Below, piece by piece: positions 22,008 through 32,702 of a stretch of DNA of 64,000 nt (position 1 is its first letter; the number at the start of each line of letters is the position of its first letter). Made by a program: the position numbers and the translations under genes. Source of the stretch: Plasmodiophora brassicae (taxonomy: Eukaryota). Location of the stretch: contig CP145416.1 in assembly GCA_036867785.1 (NCBI GenBank), positions 868,001 through 932,000 on the forward strand, read 5' to 3'. The notes under the pieces are model-generated. The model was given only the letters and a program-made list of their open reading frames with translations, had not been told where the DNA came from and ran no database searches.

Positions 22008-25000
22008 ATGGCCGAAGACGAAGATCAGGACGGCAGGCATCGCGGGTTGAGCGATGAGCAGCGATCGAAGCCGGCGTCGCCGGTGGCACCCGTGAGGTCG
22101 GGCAGCGGTACGCCCGTGTCGCAGGGGCACCCGACGAGGTCGAGGTCGGCGAGCCCGGTGCATGGCGCGGAAGACCTGGCAGATGCGGGCATTGATGCGT
22201 ACTTCGGCTCTGGGGATGACGGCAATGATTTGTTTGCTCCAACCAATGTGTCGGATTTCGGCCATTCCGCATCGTACGATACCTGGGGAACGTACGCTAC
22301 GGCCGCCGACGCTTCTCAGCCTGAGGTATTTACGAGCCCTGATGTCACCATTCGCTCTTGAATAACGCCGCCACAGTTAGCTGAGGCTGAAAACACTGCT
22401 CAGGAGTATGCCCCAAATGACGACGCTCACAATGTCATGTCGTATTTCGGTAGCAGCCCGGTGATTTGCTCGTGAGCACCGTGTATTCAGGCTAGGTGCC
22501 CAACAGGTGGCGACGAAACCCATTTCGACGACCCACACGCGTTCAGCGTTAGGGGCTATCATGACGAACAGGTACTGTTCAGACTTGGTCGTCATACGCA
22601 GAGCAATTCATGTTCTGTGTAGGCTCACCTGGATCCCTCCTCGTTTCACCCGAGTGAGCATACGTACTTCCACAGCCCACTGTATTCGACAACAGTACCG
22701 CATCAGCAGGTTCTTCATGCTCGTTTGCCGTCCCTGATTATTTATAACGTTCATATCGGTACAGCATCCTGTCGACAGTGGTGGTCAACAGGACGCGTTC
22801 TATGACTACGACTACCAATATAGCAATGTGGGGGTCCCATTGTTCGGCCAATTGGATGTGTTCTGATTGGAGCTAGGCGGACGAGCCAAATTGGCACCAA
22901 GGACAGAACCATCAGGACAACGTTGCTGAGGCGCAATACGACGATTCGCATCAGGGTTACTTTCAGGATTCGGGGCATTTTGATTATGGCGGCGAACACT
23001 GGAATACTGACTATGCGGCCACTGGGGACCAGCATGCCCAAGAGGAATACCATACAGAGCATGCGTCGCAGTCCGGTCCTGGACATCATTACAACGAGCA
23101 GCGTTCAGGTGTCCACCTTGATGATATCGATCTGGGAGACCATTACACGCCGCCTAATGAACACCGAACCGTGACGAGGAGTCTCCGCCAGGGCGAAGCC
23201 GTGGCAAGTCGACAACCTTTCGTCGCTCCTGACCCCCATCCAATTCCTTGCTTCGCATTTGGTATACCGTACGAGGCACTTTGGAAGGAGGCAATTCGTT
23301 AAGGCTGTCTCCACAGGGGGGAGGTTTGCAATTTGTCATCCAGGACGCCAATCGGCACGGTAAGTGCACATCGTGCCAGCAGTGCCAAGTTGCTATGCTC
23401 ATTGAGGTACCATCCAGGCCTTCGAATAACCCGAACCTGTCTCAGATCAGAGTGTGCAGCCTTCGGGTGCTGCTTAGCAGAACTCGTTTGCTGCAGGAAA
23501 TCGAGTCGTTTCCAGGTATGCATGGGGGTGCGATGTAACTGCGCTGCGTTGTTTAAGCGTGTCTTGCAGGGCCTCTCACCAAACGATCTGATGTGACATC
23601 CGTGTTCCTTCAACGTGCAACCCCAACAGGACGGCATCATCTTCTTTGGCAGCTGCTCGAGCTGTACTCTGCAGGGAAAGGATCCGTTGATATGAGCAAG
23701 GTAAGTGGTTAACGGTTCTACTGTTGACAGCGTCTATAACAATGCGATGTAGGCGATCGCCCTTCTCGGCGGGGGTGCCTCCGGCGATAGCGAATGGCTT
23801 GACTCGCGCTCTCGACAGCGCCGGTCCCATTGTCTCCTGTCCACCGCTGATACCCAGGCAACGTCGTTTAAAGACGAGAGTCGGACCGTCACGAAGCTTC
23901 AGCAGCTCATAATATCTGGCCAGTTGCACGAAGCCATCAGGTTCGCCACTCAGAACGGTACGGTGCGATTCGCTGCATGGCGTTCCTTTGTAATAGCTTG
24001 CATCTCCAGGATTATGGGCGCATGCACTTCTCCTATCTCAATGCCTGGGTGACGATCAGCGCCGTTCAGTGGGCCTGATGTTTCGCGACACGTTTCTTGC
24101 TCGAGGATCTCCTCTGCATACCGTTTATGGGTCAGCTACGACAACAATAGTAATGATTCGGTTTCCGCTGATGTGCGTTGCTCAGGGTCCTGTCTGACAA
24201 CTTCAGTGCCAGCGATGAGTTGTCTGAAAACTGGATGGAAAATGTGGCATCGATCATTAGCGTGCCCAACGCGGCCGGTTCGATCATAGAGGTTTAGTCT
24301 ATGCCGAACGTTGCGTTCCGAATGCTTACACCGATGGACAGATCGGAAAGAAACTGTTGTCGGGTGGCCGCGTCGACGAAGGCCATGCGTGTTACTTGCT
24401 GGCTGCCGCCCTGGGTACCCTTGGCGCTTGATTGCCAGACGTCGCTCTTTGTAATTGCGGCATCTAGGATATCCCTATGAGAGCCTGTTCGAAGTTATTG
24501 GTTTGGACAGCTCCACACCTCGACGATCGTCGCCCATGCAATGCCTGGCTCCTGATGCTGTTCAGATGACTGAGACCTACGAGCACGCCGGTAAGCATCG
24601 TAGGCCGTTCGTTCAGTGGTGAGCTCTTACACGGTGATAACTAGTTCGTCAACGAGATTCACGTTTTACTGTTCTGCCTCTAGTTGCTCAAAAGTTCGCC
24701 TACGCCTGCCTGCTTATTGACGTGGGCGAAACGGGCCATGCCCTGGACTATGTCACGACGGTAATGCGGTCGATATCGGAGATCGAACAAAGTCGTCGTG
24801 GGCCTCCGCAGCAGCCCATATTTTCAAAGGCGTACTGCAATTGTGTCAAGGTCGTGCAACAATGCCTTCAGCGAGTTACGTCTGGAGGTCTGTCATGAGC
24901 CTAAACTGCATGAGCGCTCCCACTAACCAGGACGTACAGGTGGGCGGATTGAAAAGGCGGGCGTGTTTGGCTCGTTGTTCGACAACTTGTCGCGGTTTTT

Positions 25001-25732
25001 GATTGGGAACGAAGACAGCGCCCAACGAGATCCCAATTCGCAGCCGCCGGTACCCATTGCCAGGTCGGCGCCAGCTGAAGAAGCCGCTGTGCCAGCGCCA
25101 GCGCCGCCAGCCATGCAAGGTGAACCATTGGCCGCAGTCATTGCTAGGCGACTGAGAGACTGGGGTAGGACCGGCATCGTCAGGTGCTGAACAAGAGCCC
25201 GATGCAGGGAGCGTCGAAGACAAGAATATTCTGAACAAGCTGACTGGGTTCTTATCTGGCCTCCGCACGACATCTCCGAACAGAGCCGACGACTTCAATG
25301 ACGATCACGAGGAGAAGTTCGTGTGGGACGCCGCGCTTGGCAAATGGGTATGCCGCTTTGCCTGTTGGCGATACTGCTGCTGCGCGTCTAACGGAAACGT
25401 AGGTGAGCCAAAGCGGTATCCCACTCCAGCCTGCCTCACCGAAAGAGAAGCCTGCGTCGGCCCCACCGCCACCTCGACGGCCCGGCTATGTCGCTGGCTC
25501 CGCGGCCAAGCCGGCGCCTCGCCAGGGAATCGTATCACGATACGCTCTGTCTGAAGAGACGTCATACGCGCCTCCTGCTGCGCAAGCCGCGCCCAACCGT
25601 CGTACGTGCACCCGTATTCGTCTGAAGGTTGGTTCGCCAATGACACCCATCGTTTCAGCGCCAGCTCCACCCCGACGTTATCCACCGGTAGCCCACCCGC
25701 GTTTGCCTGCCAGGACGGGGGCAAACCGGTGA
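22008..25732 (+). CDS. SEC16: Sec16-like COPII scaffold, many introns (3' end approximate)
   Basis: IESFPG, LWAHALLL, GSPLHTVY, NWMENVASII, EGHACYLLA, QMTETYE, KFAYACLLIDVG..ALDY and C-terminal FVWDAALGKWV. Confidence 0.8.
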
Positions 25733-25886
25733 AACCCAGCAACCAGCCTGTCGCCCATGTCAGAACAACGTGCTATCTACACATCGTTAACGCATGCTGA
25801 TGCGTCCTGTCTACTCTCCCGCGCGCCCCCCTCGCCTATGGACTGATCACAGCGTGTCACCAGGCATCACAGTGTATGTACGGCAA

Positions 25887-26207
25887 TCAGTCGAGGAAGT
25901 CGTCGTGGCCGAACTCGTCTACGTCGTCCTCGATCAGCTCGTTGTGGTCGAGAAGATCGTCCATCATGCCGTCGTCCATCATGCCGTGGTGGCCGATGTG
26001 ATCGTGGATCGCGTGGCCGTGCCCCAGCAGGTGGTGGTGCGCCATCTCGTGGTGGATATGGGCGTCCTGGTCGAACATGCGGTTGTGCGCCAATCCCATG
26101 TCGTGCTGGTGTATGTGGTGCGGCATCATGCCCAGCAGCGCGCCGCGGGCGAGCAAGGCGCACGCTGCCGTCGCCCCCACCAACAGTAGCGTCCTCGTCG
26201 CCTGCAT
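25887..26207 (-). CDS. Small secreted His/Asp/Met-rich protein, paralog A
   Basis: Signal MQATRTLLLVGATAACALLARG; HQHDMGLAHNRMFDQDAHIHHEMAHHHLLG. Confidence 0.82.
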   Translation of the reverse strand: MQATRTLLLVGATAACALLARGALLGMMPHHIHQHDMGLAHNRMFDQDAHIHHEMAHHHLLGHGHAIHDHIGHHGMMDDGMMDDLLDHNELIEDDVDEFGHDDFLD

Positions 26208-26284
26208 CGTGTTCCCTTGTCCTGCCCTTTCGCCAGAGTGCCGGTGCCGGAAGTCAGGCACCTGTTGCCGCTCCCGTCTGGCCG

Positions 26285-26358
26285 TGAGTCACGTCCCCAT
26301 GAGCTCGCAGGCGCGTCTCCCCCGAACGCGCGCATGGCTCACGTCCGCCATGACGTCA
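26285..26358. promoter_or_regulatory. AP-1 box and CRE box upstream of paralog A
   Basis: TGAGTCACGT at 26285; TGACGTCA at 26351. Confidence 0.5.
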
Positions 26359-26559
26359 GCGTTAGTCGCACCGGAAGTGGGTCGGTCGCCCGGGCCACCC
26401 CCGTGACGTCCTTCTACCCGCCCGACGTCTAAGCGAACGCGCGCGCGCGTGTTAGCGCTCCAAACCGTGACGCGACGTTGGCGCCGGTCTGTTCGTGGAT
26501 CGCATCGGGCAGGGCGGTCGGCGTGCCACCAAATACGGGTTTATGTCAAACGTATGTGT

Positions 26560-27015
26560 TCAGTGGTGGAAGTCGTCGTGGAAGCCGCCGATGCCATGGT
26601 CGGCATCGCCGATGAACTCGTCGGCGCCGGCAAAGTCGTCGTGGACGTCCTCGTCGACGTCGCCGAAGGCGCCCTCGTGCGCAAAGTCGTGCCCGTCGTG
26701 GTGCAGGAGGTCGTCGTGGCCGAACGTGCCGTGCGCCAGCAACGTGTCGTGGTCGAGCATGTCGTGGTCGTGGATCGCGTGCCGGTCGTCGCCCAGCAGG
26801 TGGTGGTGGTCCATCTCGTGGTGGACGTGGTCGTCCTGGTCGCGGATGACGTGGTCCCGGTCGAACATGAGGTTGTGCGCCAGCCCCATGTCGTGCTGGT
26901 GCATGTGGCCCATGTCGACCAGCGGCGAGCTCATCACGCCCCTGAGTTCCGCCCGGGCCACCAGCGCGCACACGGCGCCCACCACGACCAGCATCGCTTG
27001 CGTCCCCGTCCTCAT
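26560..27015 (-). CDS. Small secreted His/Asp-rich protein, paralog B
   Basis: Signal MRTGTQAMLVVVGAVCALVARA; HQHDMGLAHNLMFDRDHVIRDQDDHVHHEMDHHHLLG..GFHDDFHH. Confidence 0.85.
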   Translation of the reverse strand: MRTGTQAMLVVVGAVCALVARAELRGVMSSPLVDMGHMHQHDMGLAHNLMFDRDHVIRDQDDHVHHEMDHHHLLGDDRHAIHDHDMLDHDTLLAHGTFGHDDLLHHDGHDFAHEGAFGDVDEDVHDDFAGADEFIGDADHGIGGFHDDFHH

Positions 27016-27074
27016 GTTGTTTCCTTGTGCTGCGAGAGCGCGCTGCCGACCTCGATCTCCTGAACGGTGACGAT

Positions 27075-27155
27075 TTGTGGGAATGTGGGTGTGTGTGTGT
27101 GTCGGCGCTGACGAATCATGAATCACGTCTGGCCGGTCCTGGCCGTGACTCACGT
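27075..27155. promoter_or_regulatory. Shared promoter elements of paralog B (also lies upstream of the FYVE gene)
   Basis: ttgtgggaatg at 27075 (also at 28781); TGAATCACGT at 27119; TGACTCACGT at 27146; short (TG)n at ~27090. Confidence 0.5.
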
Positions 27156-27210
27156 TCCCCGGTGCGAGCGAACACGTCATGGGGCCCGGGAGCTTCTGCA
27201 CCCCTCCCCA

Positions 27211-28263
27211 ATGGTTGACATCGGACCCGCTGTGGTACAGGAGCGCAGGTCGACCCTCCCATGTGCTGCTGGCACATCCTGCACCACGAGTCTCACTTCC
27301 TCCGATCGGATAAAGATCCACCGAGGGCGCGCGCGCGCTCGTCATACTCTGACTGGGGCTGGCCGGTCACCCAATGGGACAGGTAGGTCCACGGGTGGCT
27401 CCCACCCACGCCCCCTTCCCCGAGAGAGAGACCTGATCGTGGGCTCTTTGCCCTTGCAGACGATCAACAGGTCGGTGATCTGCTGGGAGGAGGACGGCCC
27501 CGTCTGTTCGCTGTGCCGCGGGTCGTTCGCGCCGCTGTTCCGCCGGCGACACCACTGCCGGTCGTGCGGGCTCCTCGTCTGCAACGACTGCTCGCCGTAC
27601 ACGTCGTACCTGCCCCAGGTCGGGTGGGGCGACGACGACCCGCAGCGCGTCTGCCAGGTCTGCGCGCGCAAGTCGCTGACCGTCGCCGAGGTCGAAACGC
27701 ACGCCTACAGGGTGTGGTCGTGCACCGACCCGCGCCGGCCGCGCCTCGACCACCTGGAGCGGCTGGCGCCCGTCGTCCGCGCCGCCAAGGCCTGCCCGAC
27801 GTTCAACGCCGAGCTCCTGCGCCTGATGACGACGACGCTGTCCAGCGTGTTCGCCCGGGTCCACCATCGCGTGCAGGCCGACGTGCACTGGGCCACGAGG
27901 TCCACCCGGGTCGACGACGCCACGCTGCTCGGCTGCATCGACAGCGCCGAGCGCCTCCGCGTCGTCTACGACACCGTCGCCGACGACCTCGCCGCCGACG
28001 TCCGCTTCGAATCGCTGGACAGCGCGACGACGACCCTGCGGTACAGGGTGGCGCGTCGCACGGCGCCCCTGCCGATACCACAGCGACGGTCGTTGCGGAG
28101 CACAGCGCCCATCGTGCACGTCCTCGTCCCGGTCGTCGCGATCGTCGGGGAACGCCGCCGGAGGCACGCCGCCCTGCGACCGCACGTCGACGACGCCATC
28201 GGCAAGACACGACGACAGGACCGCTCCACAGGCAGCAGGGTGCTGACGGTGGGCGGGCGCTAG
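27211..28263 (+). CDS. FYVE zinc-finger protein
   Basis: WEEDGPVCSLCRGSFAPLFRRRHHCRSCGLLVCNDCS..QRVCQVC (WxxD, RRHHCR, RVC). Confidence 0.88.
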   Translation: MVDIGPAVVQERRSTLPCAAGTSCTTSLTSSDRIKIHRGRARARHTLTGAGRSPNGTGRSTGGSHPRPLPRERDLIVGSLPLQTINRSVICWEEDGPVCSLCRGSFAPLFRRRHHCRSCGLLVCNDCSPYTSYLPQVGWGDDDPQRVCQVCARKSLTVAEVETHAYRVWSCTDPRRPRLDHLERLAPVVRAAKACPTFNAELLRLMTTTLSSVFARVHHRVQADVHWATRSTRVDDATLLGCIDSAERLRVVYDTVADDLAADVRFESLDSATTTLRYRVARRTAPLPIPQRRSLRSTAPIVHVLVPVVAIVGERRRRHAALRPHVDDAIGKTRRQDRSTGSRVLTVGGR

Positions 28264-28308
28264 CGAATACAGAATGCACCTATACGATAGCGTTTATGCA
28301 GGGCGCTT

Positions 28309-28749
28309 TCAGTGGTGGGCGTTGTCGTGGAAGTCGCCGATGCCGTGGTCGGCGTCGCCGATGAAGTCGACGGCGCCCTCGAAGTCGTCGTGGACGAGGT
28401 GGTCGACGTCGCCGAAGGCGCCCTCGTGCGCAATGTCGTGCCCGTCGTGGTGCAGGAGGTCGTCGTGGCCGAACGTGCCGTGCGCCAGCAACGTGTCGTG
28501 GTCGAGCGTGTCGTGGTCGTGGATCGCGTGCTGGTCGTCGCCCAGCAGGTGGTGGTGGTCCATCTCGTCGTGGACGTGGTCGTTCTGGTCGCGGATGACG
28601 TGGTCCCGGTCGAACATCAGGTTGTGGGACAGGCCCATCTCGTGGAGGCCCCATGACGGCTGCAACGAAGACCGCGTCCCCGTCGTCTGACCTCGGGCCA
28701 CCAGCGCGCACACGCCCACAAGCACCATCGCCTTCGTTGCTATCGCCAT
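28309..28749 (-). CDS. Small secreted His/Asp-rich protein, paralog C
   Basis: Signal MAIATKAMVLVGVCALVARG; mature region near-identical to paralog B. Confidence 0.85.
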   Translation of the reverse strand: MAIATKAMVLVGVCALVARGQTTGTRSSLQPSWGLHEMGLSHNLMFDRDHVIRDQNDHVHDEMDHHHLLGDDQHAIHDHDTLDHDTLLAHGTFGHDDLLHHDGHDIAHEGAFGDVDHLVHDDFEGAVDFIGDADHGIGDFHDNAHH

Positions 28750-28780
28750 CGTTACTACTCGCGTCCCGCACCAGGACGAC

Positions 28781-28859
28781 TTGTGGGAATGCGGGGCACG
28801 CCGAGGGGGTGCCAGTCATGAATCACGTTCGCGTGTACCCGGGGCCGGGCGATGATTCA
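28781..28859. promoter_or_regulatory. Shared promoter elements of paralog C
   Basis: ttgtgggaatg at 28781; TGAATCACGT at 28819; TGATTCA at 28853. Confidence 0.5.
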
Positions 28860-29062
28860 CCCACAGCAGCGGTAGTGACGTTTCGGTTGGGCCGAGGGAG
28901 GCGGGGGTCCCCTCGCCTTGCTATGCCCGACTACCTAATCGGGTCAATCGCAGCGCGCCCCCGCACCTGATCAACGGCCGGCGCGGGGGAGGGCAGGTGC
29001 GGACCTGTGGCGACCACCTCCTGTAGGTGTATATACAGAGAAGCGTGTAGTACGGGGGAGCG

Positions 29063-30805
29063 TTATCGCAGCATGCCCAGAGCCCGGAAGCGTTCGAGCA
29101 GGTGCCGGGCTCGATCGCTGGCGACGAACGCGGCCAGGGCGCTGGCGACGCGTTCCCCGACGCCCTTGACCTCGCGTAGCTCATGGGCGGGCGCCCGCAG
29201 CAGGCGCTCGCCGGACTGCCCAAAGTGGTCCAACAGGCGACGGGCCACGGTCCGCCCGACGCCGTCGATGCCCAGGCTGGTGACCAGCCCCAGCTGGTCG
29301 ACACGTGCTCGGACCATCTCGATCGACGCGATCGCCCCCGCCGCCTTCTTCGTGTCCCAACGCGGCAACGCGACCAGGTCGGATTGCCGCAGGTCGAACA
29401 GGTCGGGGATGTCTCGGATCAGGCCGACGTCGACCAGCTGCCTGATGGCGGATTCGCCCAGGCCTCGAACATCCAGCGCGTTCTTGCTGACCGCGTAGAC
29501 GAGGCGCGCCACCACGACCGATGGGCAATGCGGGTCCACACACCAGGCGTCCGGTTCGCCGTCCTCGAACCGAAGCTTCGACCGGCGCGTGCACGGGCAC
29601 ACGTCGAACACGTCGTCCCGGTCCGCTCTGGGCCCAACCGGTTCGACGCGAACCACATGCGGGATGACGTCACCAGACCGCTGGATACGAACGACGTCGC
29701 CTTGTTGCACGATGCCGAACTGCAGGACGTGCCTGGCGTTGTGCAACGTCGCCCGGCTGACGACGACGCCCCCCAGTGTCACCGGCCGCACGATCGCCAC
29801 GGGCGTCACCTTGCCCGTTCGCCCAACGCTCAGCTCGATCCGCTCCAGGATCGATTTCGCCTGCAGCGCGTCGAACTTGAACGCGAGCGCCCAACGCGGT
29901 GCACGCGCCGTACTGCCCAGAAGCAGCCGGGCCTCCGACTCGTCTACCTTGACGACGACGCCGTCGCTCTCGTACGGGAAGGTGGCGCGCGACGCTTGCA
30001 GGTCGTGGATGGCGGCCGCGACCTGGTCCGGTGTCTGGCAGGGCACCAGGCCGGTGTCGACGGTGAACCCGAGCGACTTGAGCAACGACATGTCCTCGAC
30101 GTGCGATCGCGGCGTTCCACCCGAGGTCAACAGCTGGTAGCAGATCAGGTCGATAGACGACGACGCGCGGCCGTTCAGCTTCCGTCGCAGAAGGCCGGCC
30201 ACCTGATTCCTCAGCGGGCCCGTCGCTGCTGACGACCCGATCGGCATGACGGCTTCGCCTCGAACCTCGAACGCCACGTTCATGTCGTTCCGGACGTGGA
30301 CGGGCAGGTTGCGGGCGGCGCGACGAACGGCATCGGTGACATCGTCGCCGAATTCGCCATCACCTCGGGAGATGGCTCGCCGGAAACGCCCATGCCGGTC
30401 GTATCGTAGCGCGATGGCCATGCCGTCGTACTTGCGCTCAACGGTCCAGGCCGACGGTGCGGTCTGCTCCAGGAAGGCGTGCACGTCAGCGAGGCGTGTC
30501 ACGCTGCGCAGCGATAACATGGGGGACGAATGGGCGACGGGTTCATGCGATTCGGGCGGAGCGCCGACGCGGTCGGTCGGTGAGGTCGGCGAGCGCAGGC
30601 TCGGGAAACGGGCTTCCAGGTGCGCCAGTTCGGCCATGGCCACGTCGAACTCGGCATCGCTGGCCAGCGGGTCCTCGCCGCCATAGTACGCCTGGCTGCA
30701 GCGTGCCAGCCAGTCGCGAAGCTCGGCAACGCGAACCGCTGGATCGTGGGCCTGCGAGAATCGCCGCCGCCGGCCCACATGCAGGCGTAGAAGTCGGCGC
30801 AGCAT
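29063..30805 (-). CDS. ligA: NAD+-dependent DNA ligase (LigA family), intronless, no BRCT, putative mitochondrial presequence
   Basis: Domain Ia AYY..SDAEFD; motif I ERKYDG; SRGDGEFGDDVT; EVRGE; DGVVVKVD; PRWALAFKF; VGRTGKVTPVA; RATLHN; RSGDVIP; Cys4 finger; HhH repeats. Confidence 0.95.
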   Translation of the reverse strand: MLRRLLRLHVGRRRRFSQAHDPAVRVAELRDWLARCSQAYYGGEDPLASDAEFDVAMAELAHLEARFPSLRSPTSPTDRVGAPPESHEPVAHSSPMLSLRSVTRLADVHAFLEQTAPSAWTVERKYDGMAIALRYDRHGRFRRAISRGDGEFGDDVTDAVRRAARNLPVHVRNDMNVAFEVRGEAVMPIGSSAATGPLRNQVAGLLRRKLNGRASSSIDLICYQLLTSGGTPRSHVEDMSLLKSLGFTVDTGLVPCQTPDQVAAAIHDLQASRATFPYESDGVVVKVDESEARLLLGSTARAPRWALAFKFDALQAKSILERIELSVGRTGKVTPVAIVRPVTLGGVVVSRATLHNARHVLQFGIVQQGDVVRIQRSGDVIPHVVRVEPVGPRADRDDVFDVCPCTRRSKLRFEDGEPDAWCVDPHCPSVVVARLVYAVSKNALDVRGLGESAIRQLVDVGLIRDIPDLFDLRQSDLVALPRWDTKKAAGAIASIEMVRARVDQLGLVTSLGIDGVGRTVARRLLDHFGQSGERLLRAPAHELREVKGVGERVASALAAFVASDRARHLLERFRALGMLR

Positions 30806-31278
30806 GCCAGCACCGACCTCTTATTATGGCTGTCGCTGGCAGACGGCGGCCGGCGACCGGATTGCGACATCGGGTATACGCATGTACGCCTGAGCGAAAG
30901 GGTCCGTCGAACGCAGGCGGCAACAGTGGCACATGTGGGCGGCGTGACGCGACACACCATGATTTGGCCCAGTCACACAGGACGTGTGTGAGTCACCGCA
31001 AAGGTTACGTGACCTGATTGACGCTCATGCGGCAGCGCCATTCTTGATTATACCTGACAAACGCAATCGCGCACACGTGAGAACACTCTGCTGTCGAACC
31101 GCCGCAGGGACACGGCATCTGGCTTGCACGTGCACGCCACAGACGCGCGCCCGCCCCCTCTACGATGATCGTACCGTCGGTTCAGCGTGTTGACACCGCG
31201 ACAGCTGTCCAGCTGCAGTATATGATCACCAGCAGCAGCTGTCAATGTCTACCCTGCTCGAAACGACTGAGTCCCGCG

Positions 31279-31551
31279 ATGGGAACGACGCGCATGCCTG
31301 TTTCTTACCCTCACCCGAACTACGAAGTCGCAGTGCCCACGTACTGGACCGGAATGCCCCACGTGCAGTACGGGGCGGAGGACCTTGCTCACCATGCTGC
31401 TGCATGGTCGCATGCTCCACAACCGACAATACGAATGGCCGTTCAGGAGCCCCAGCCGAAACCGCGCCGACCCGCGAACACACCAAAGCGTGCATACTTT
31501 CGTCGCTCAAACTTCATCGACGCCAAGATCAAAGCCTTGCAAGATGAGTAA
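31279..31551 (+). CDS. Small Pro-rich hypothetical protein ending in an NFID motif
   Basis: ORF ends RRSNFIDAKIKA, similar to the C-terminus of 32703-33125. Confidence 0.45.
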   Translation: MGTTRMPVSYPHPNYEVAVPTYWTGMPHVQYGAEDLAHHAAAWSHAPQPTIRMAVQEPQPKPRRPANTPKRAYFRRSNFIDAKIKALQDE

Positions 31552-31594
31552 GCTAGGGGGTTGTCTATAAAAATGATCGGAGTGTAAAATAACG

Positions 31595-32221
31595 TCACGG
31601 GACTTTGACTCGTCCGTTCGAGAAGAATCGGCGATGGATAAACGGCACGACGACAACCAGCGCCAGGCCCAGCGTAATGACAATGAACGCGATGACGCCC
31701 ACGACATCCGCTGGGATGACGTGAAAGTACATTGGCATTACAACTGGGGGGAGGGCACTTAGTCAGCTGACAGAAACGCCGTCCACGTAACACGAGACGG
31801 ACTAATGTCAAAGGGGACGGGGCGTTCTCGATGCGATGGGTTGACGGGGACGCCATGATATCGCGCGGTCAGACTGACCTCGGCATCTGCCACACCATCG
31901 CCGGTCGTGAACACAGATTTGTCCACGTCGAGCAGCCTTCTCTTCGCACGCCTCATCGACACACGTACGTCAAAAACGACGGGATACTGTCAACCATCAG
32001 GGCACTGCCGGCCGTCACGGCGCGAGCAATTCGCAAACCGTTGCCGGATGTGACACCCGGGCCTCGTACGTCGTCCGCGGGCGCAGCCCTCGAACGGTGA
32101 CCCGGATCTCCCTCCCGGGAACGACCTCCATTCGTCGCCCGACGCCGGCGACCAGCTCGCCGGCCTGCTCGCCGTCTGCCGCCGCCATTGCCCACAGCAC
32201 CAGCACGGCCACGCCCAACAT
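31595..32221 (-). CDS. Signal peptide plus C-terminal TM protein, tentatively Pga1-like (2 introns)
   Basis: MLGVAVLVLWAMAAA; GLRPRTTYEARVSHPAT; RRLLDVDKSVF; VPFDI..IPADVVGVIAFIVITLGLALVVV. Confidence 0.5.
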
Positions 32222-32702
32222 CGGGCCACCCGCCAAAATAGAGAATGAGCTGCAGTCGCCACATGCCGCCGCCGCCGCCGCTGCTGCCACCTGACAGTGA
32301 CCTGACCTGACCTGACACTCATCACCGCCATTCAACAACGCGATCTCTCGTCTTGACAGGTCGGCATCCTGTGCAACGAGGCCACGGTGGAGGGTGCCAG
32401 GCCATGCCGGTGGGTGCAAAGTGCACCCCCCGTGTCACACTGCCCCAGCGAGCGTGACGTCACGGGCCGCTGCTTTCGTGTGCGGCGATGCTGATGCTGC
32501 TGCTCGTCGTCACGCTGGCGTCATTGCTACAGAGCATTAACCGCGAGTGTTCGCCTCAGTTGAGTCACCCGATGTCGTCGCGAGATATTTGCATGGTGGA
32601 CCAGGCCGCGCGGTTCTGGGGCGACGCACTCATAACGCATTACACCGAACTGACGGTACATCGATCATCGAATTACGCGGCCGGCACCCCCGGACGAATT
32701 CA

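Noticed and set aside
26449-28690. Val-rich plus-strand ORFs (e.g. 26449-27063, 28312-28656)
   Set aside because: They are antisense shadows of CAC/GAC-rich His/Asp codons; the minus strand has signal peptides and a coherent paralog family.
29183-30232. 349-aa ORF opposite ligA, and similar long ORFs at 33178-34653, 59625-60881 and 60184-61197
   Set aside because: No domains; stop-poor shadows of GC-rich coding sequence on the opposite strand.
25850-31000. GC-rich intronless block as bacterial contamination
   Set aside because: It includes a eukaryote-specific FYVE gene and a presequence-like extension on LigA, shows no operon structure, and is flanked by spliced genes. Read-level confirmation is still desirable.
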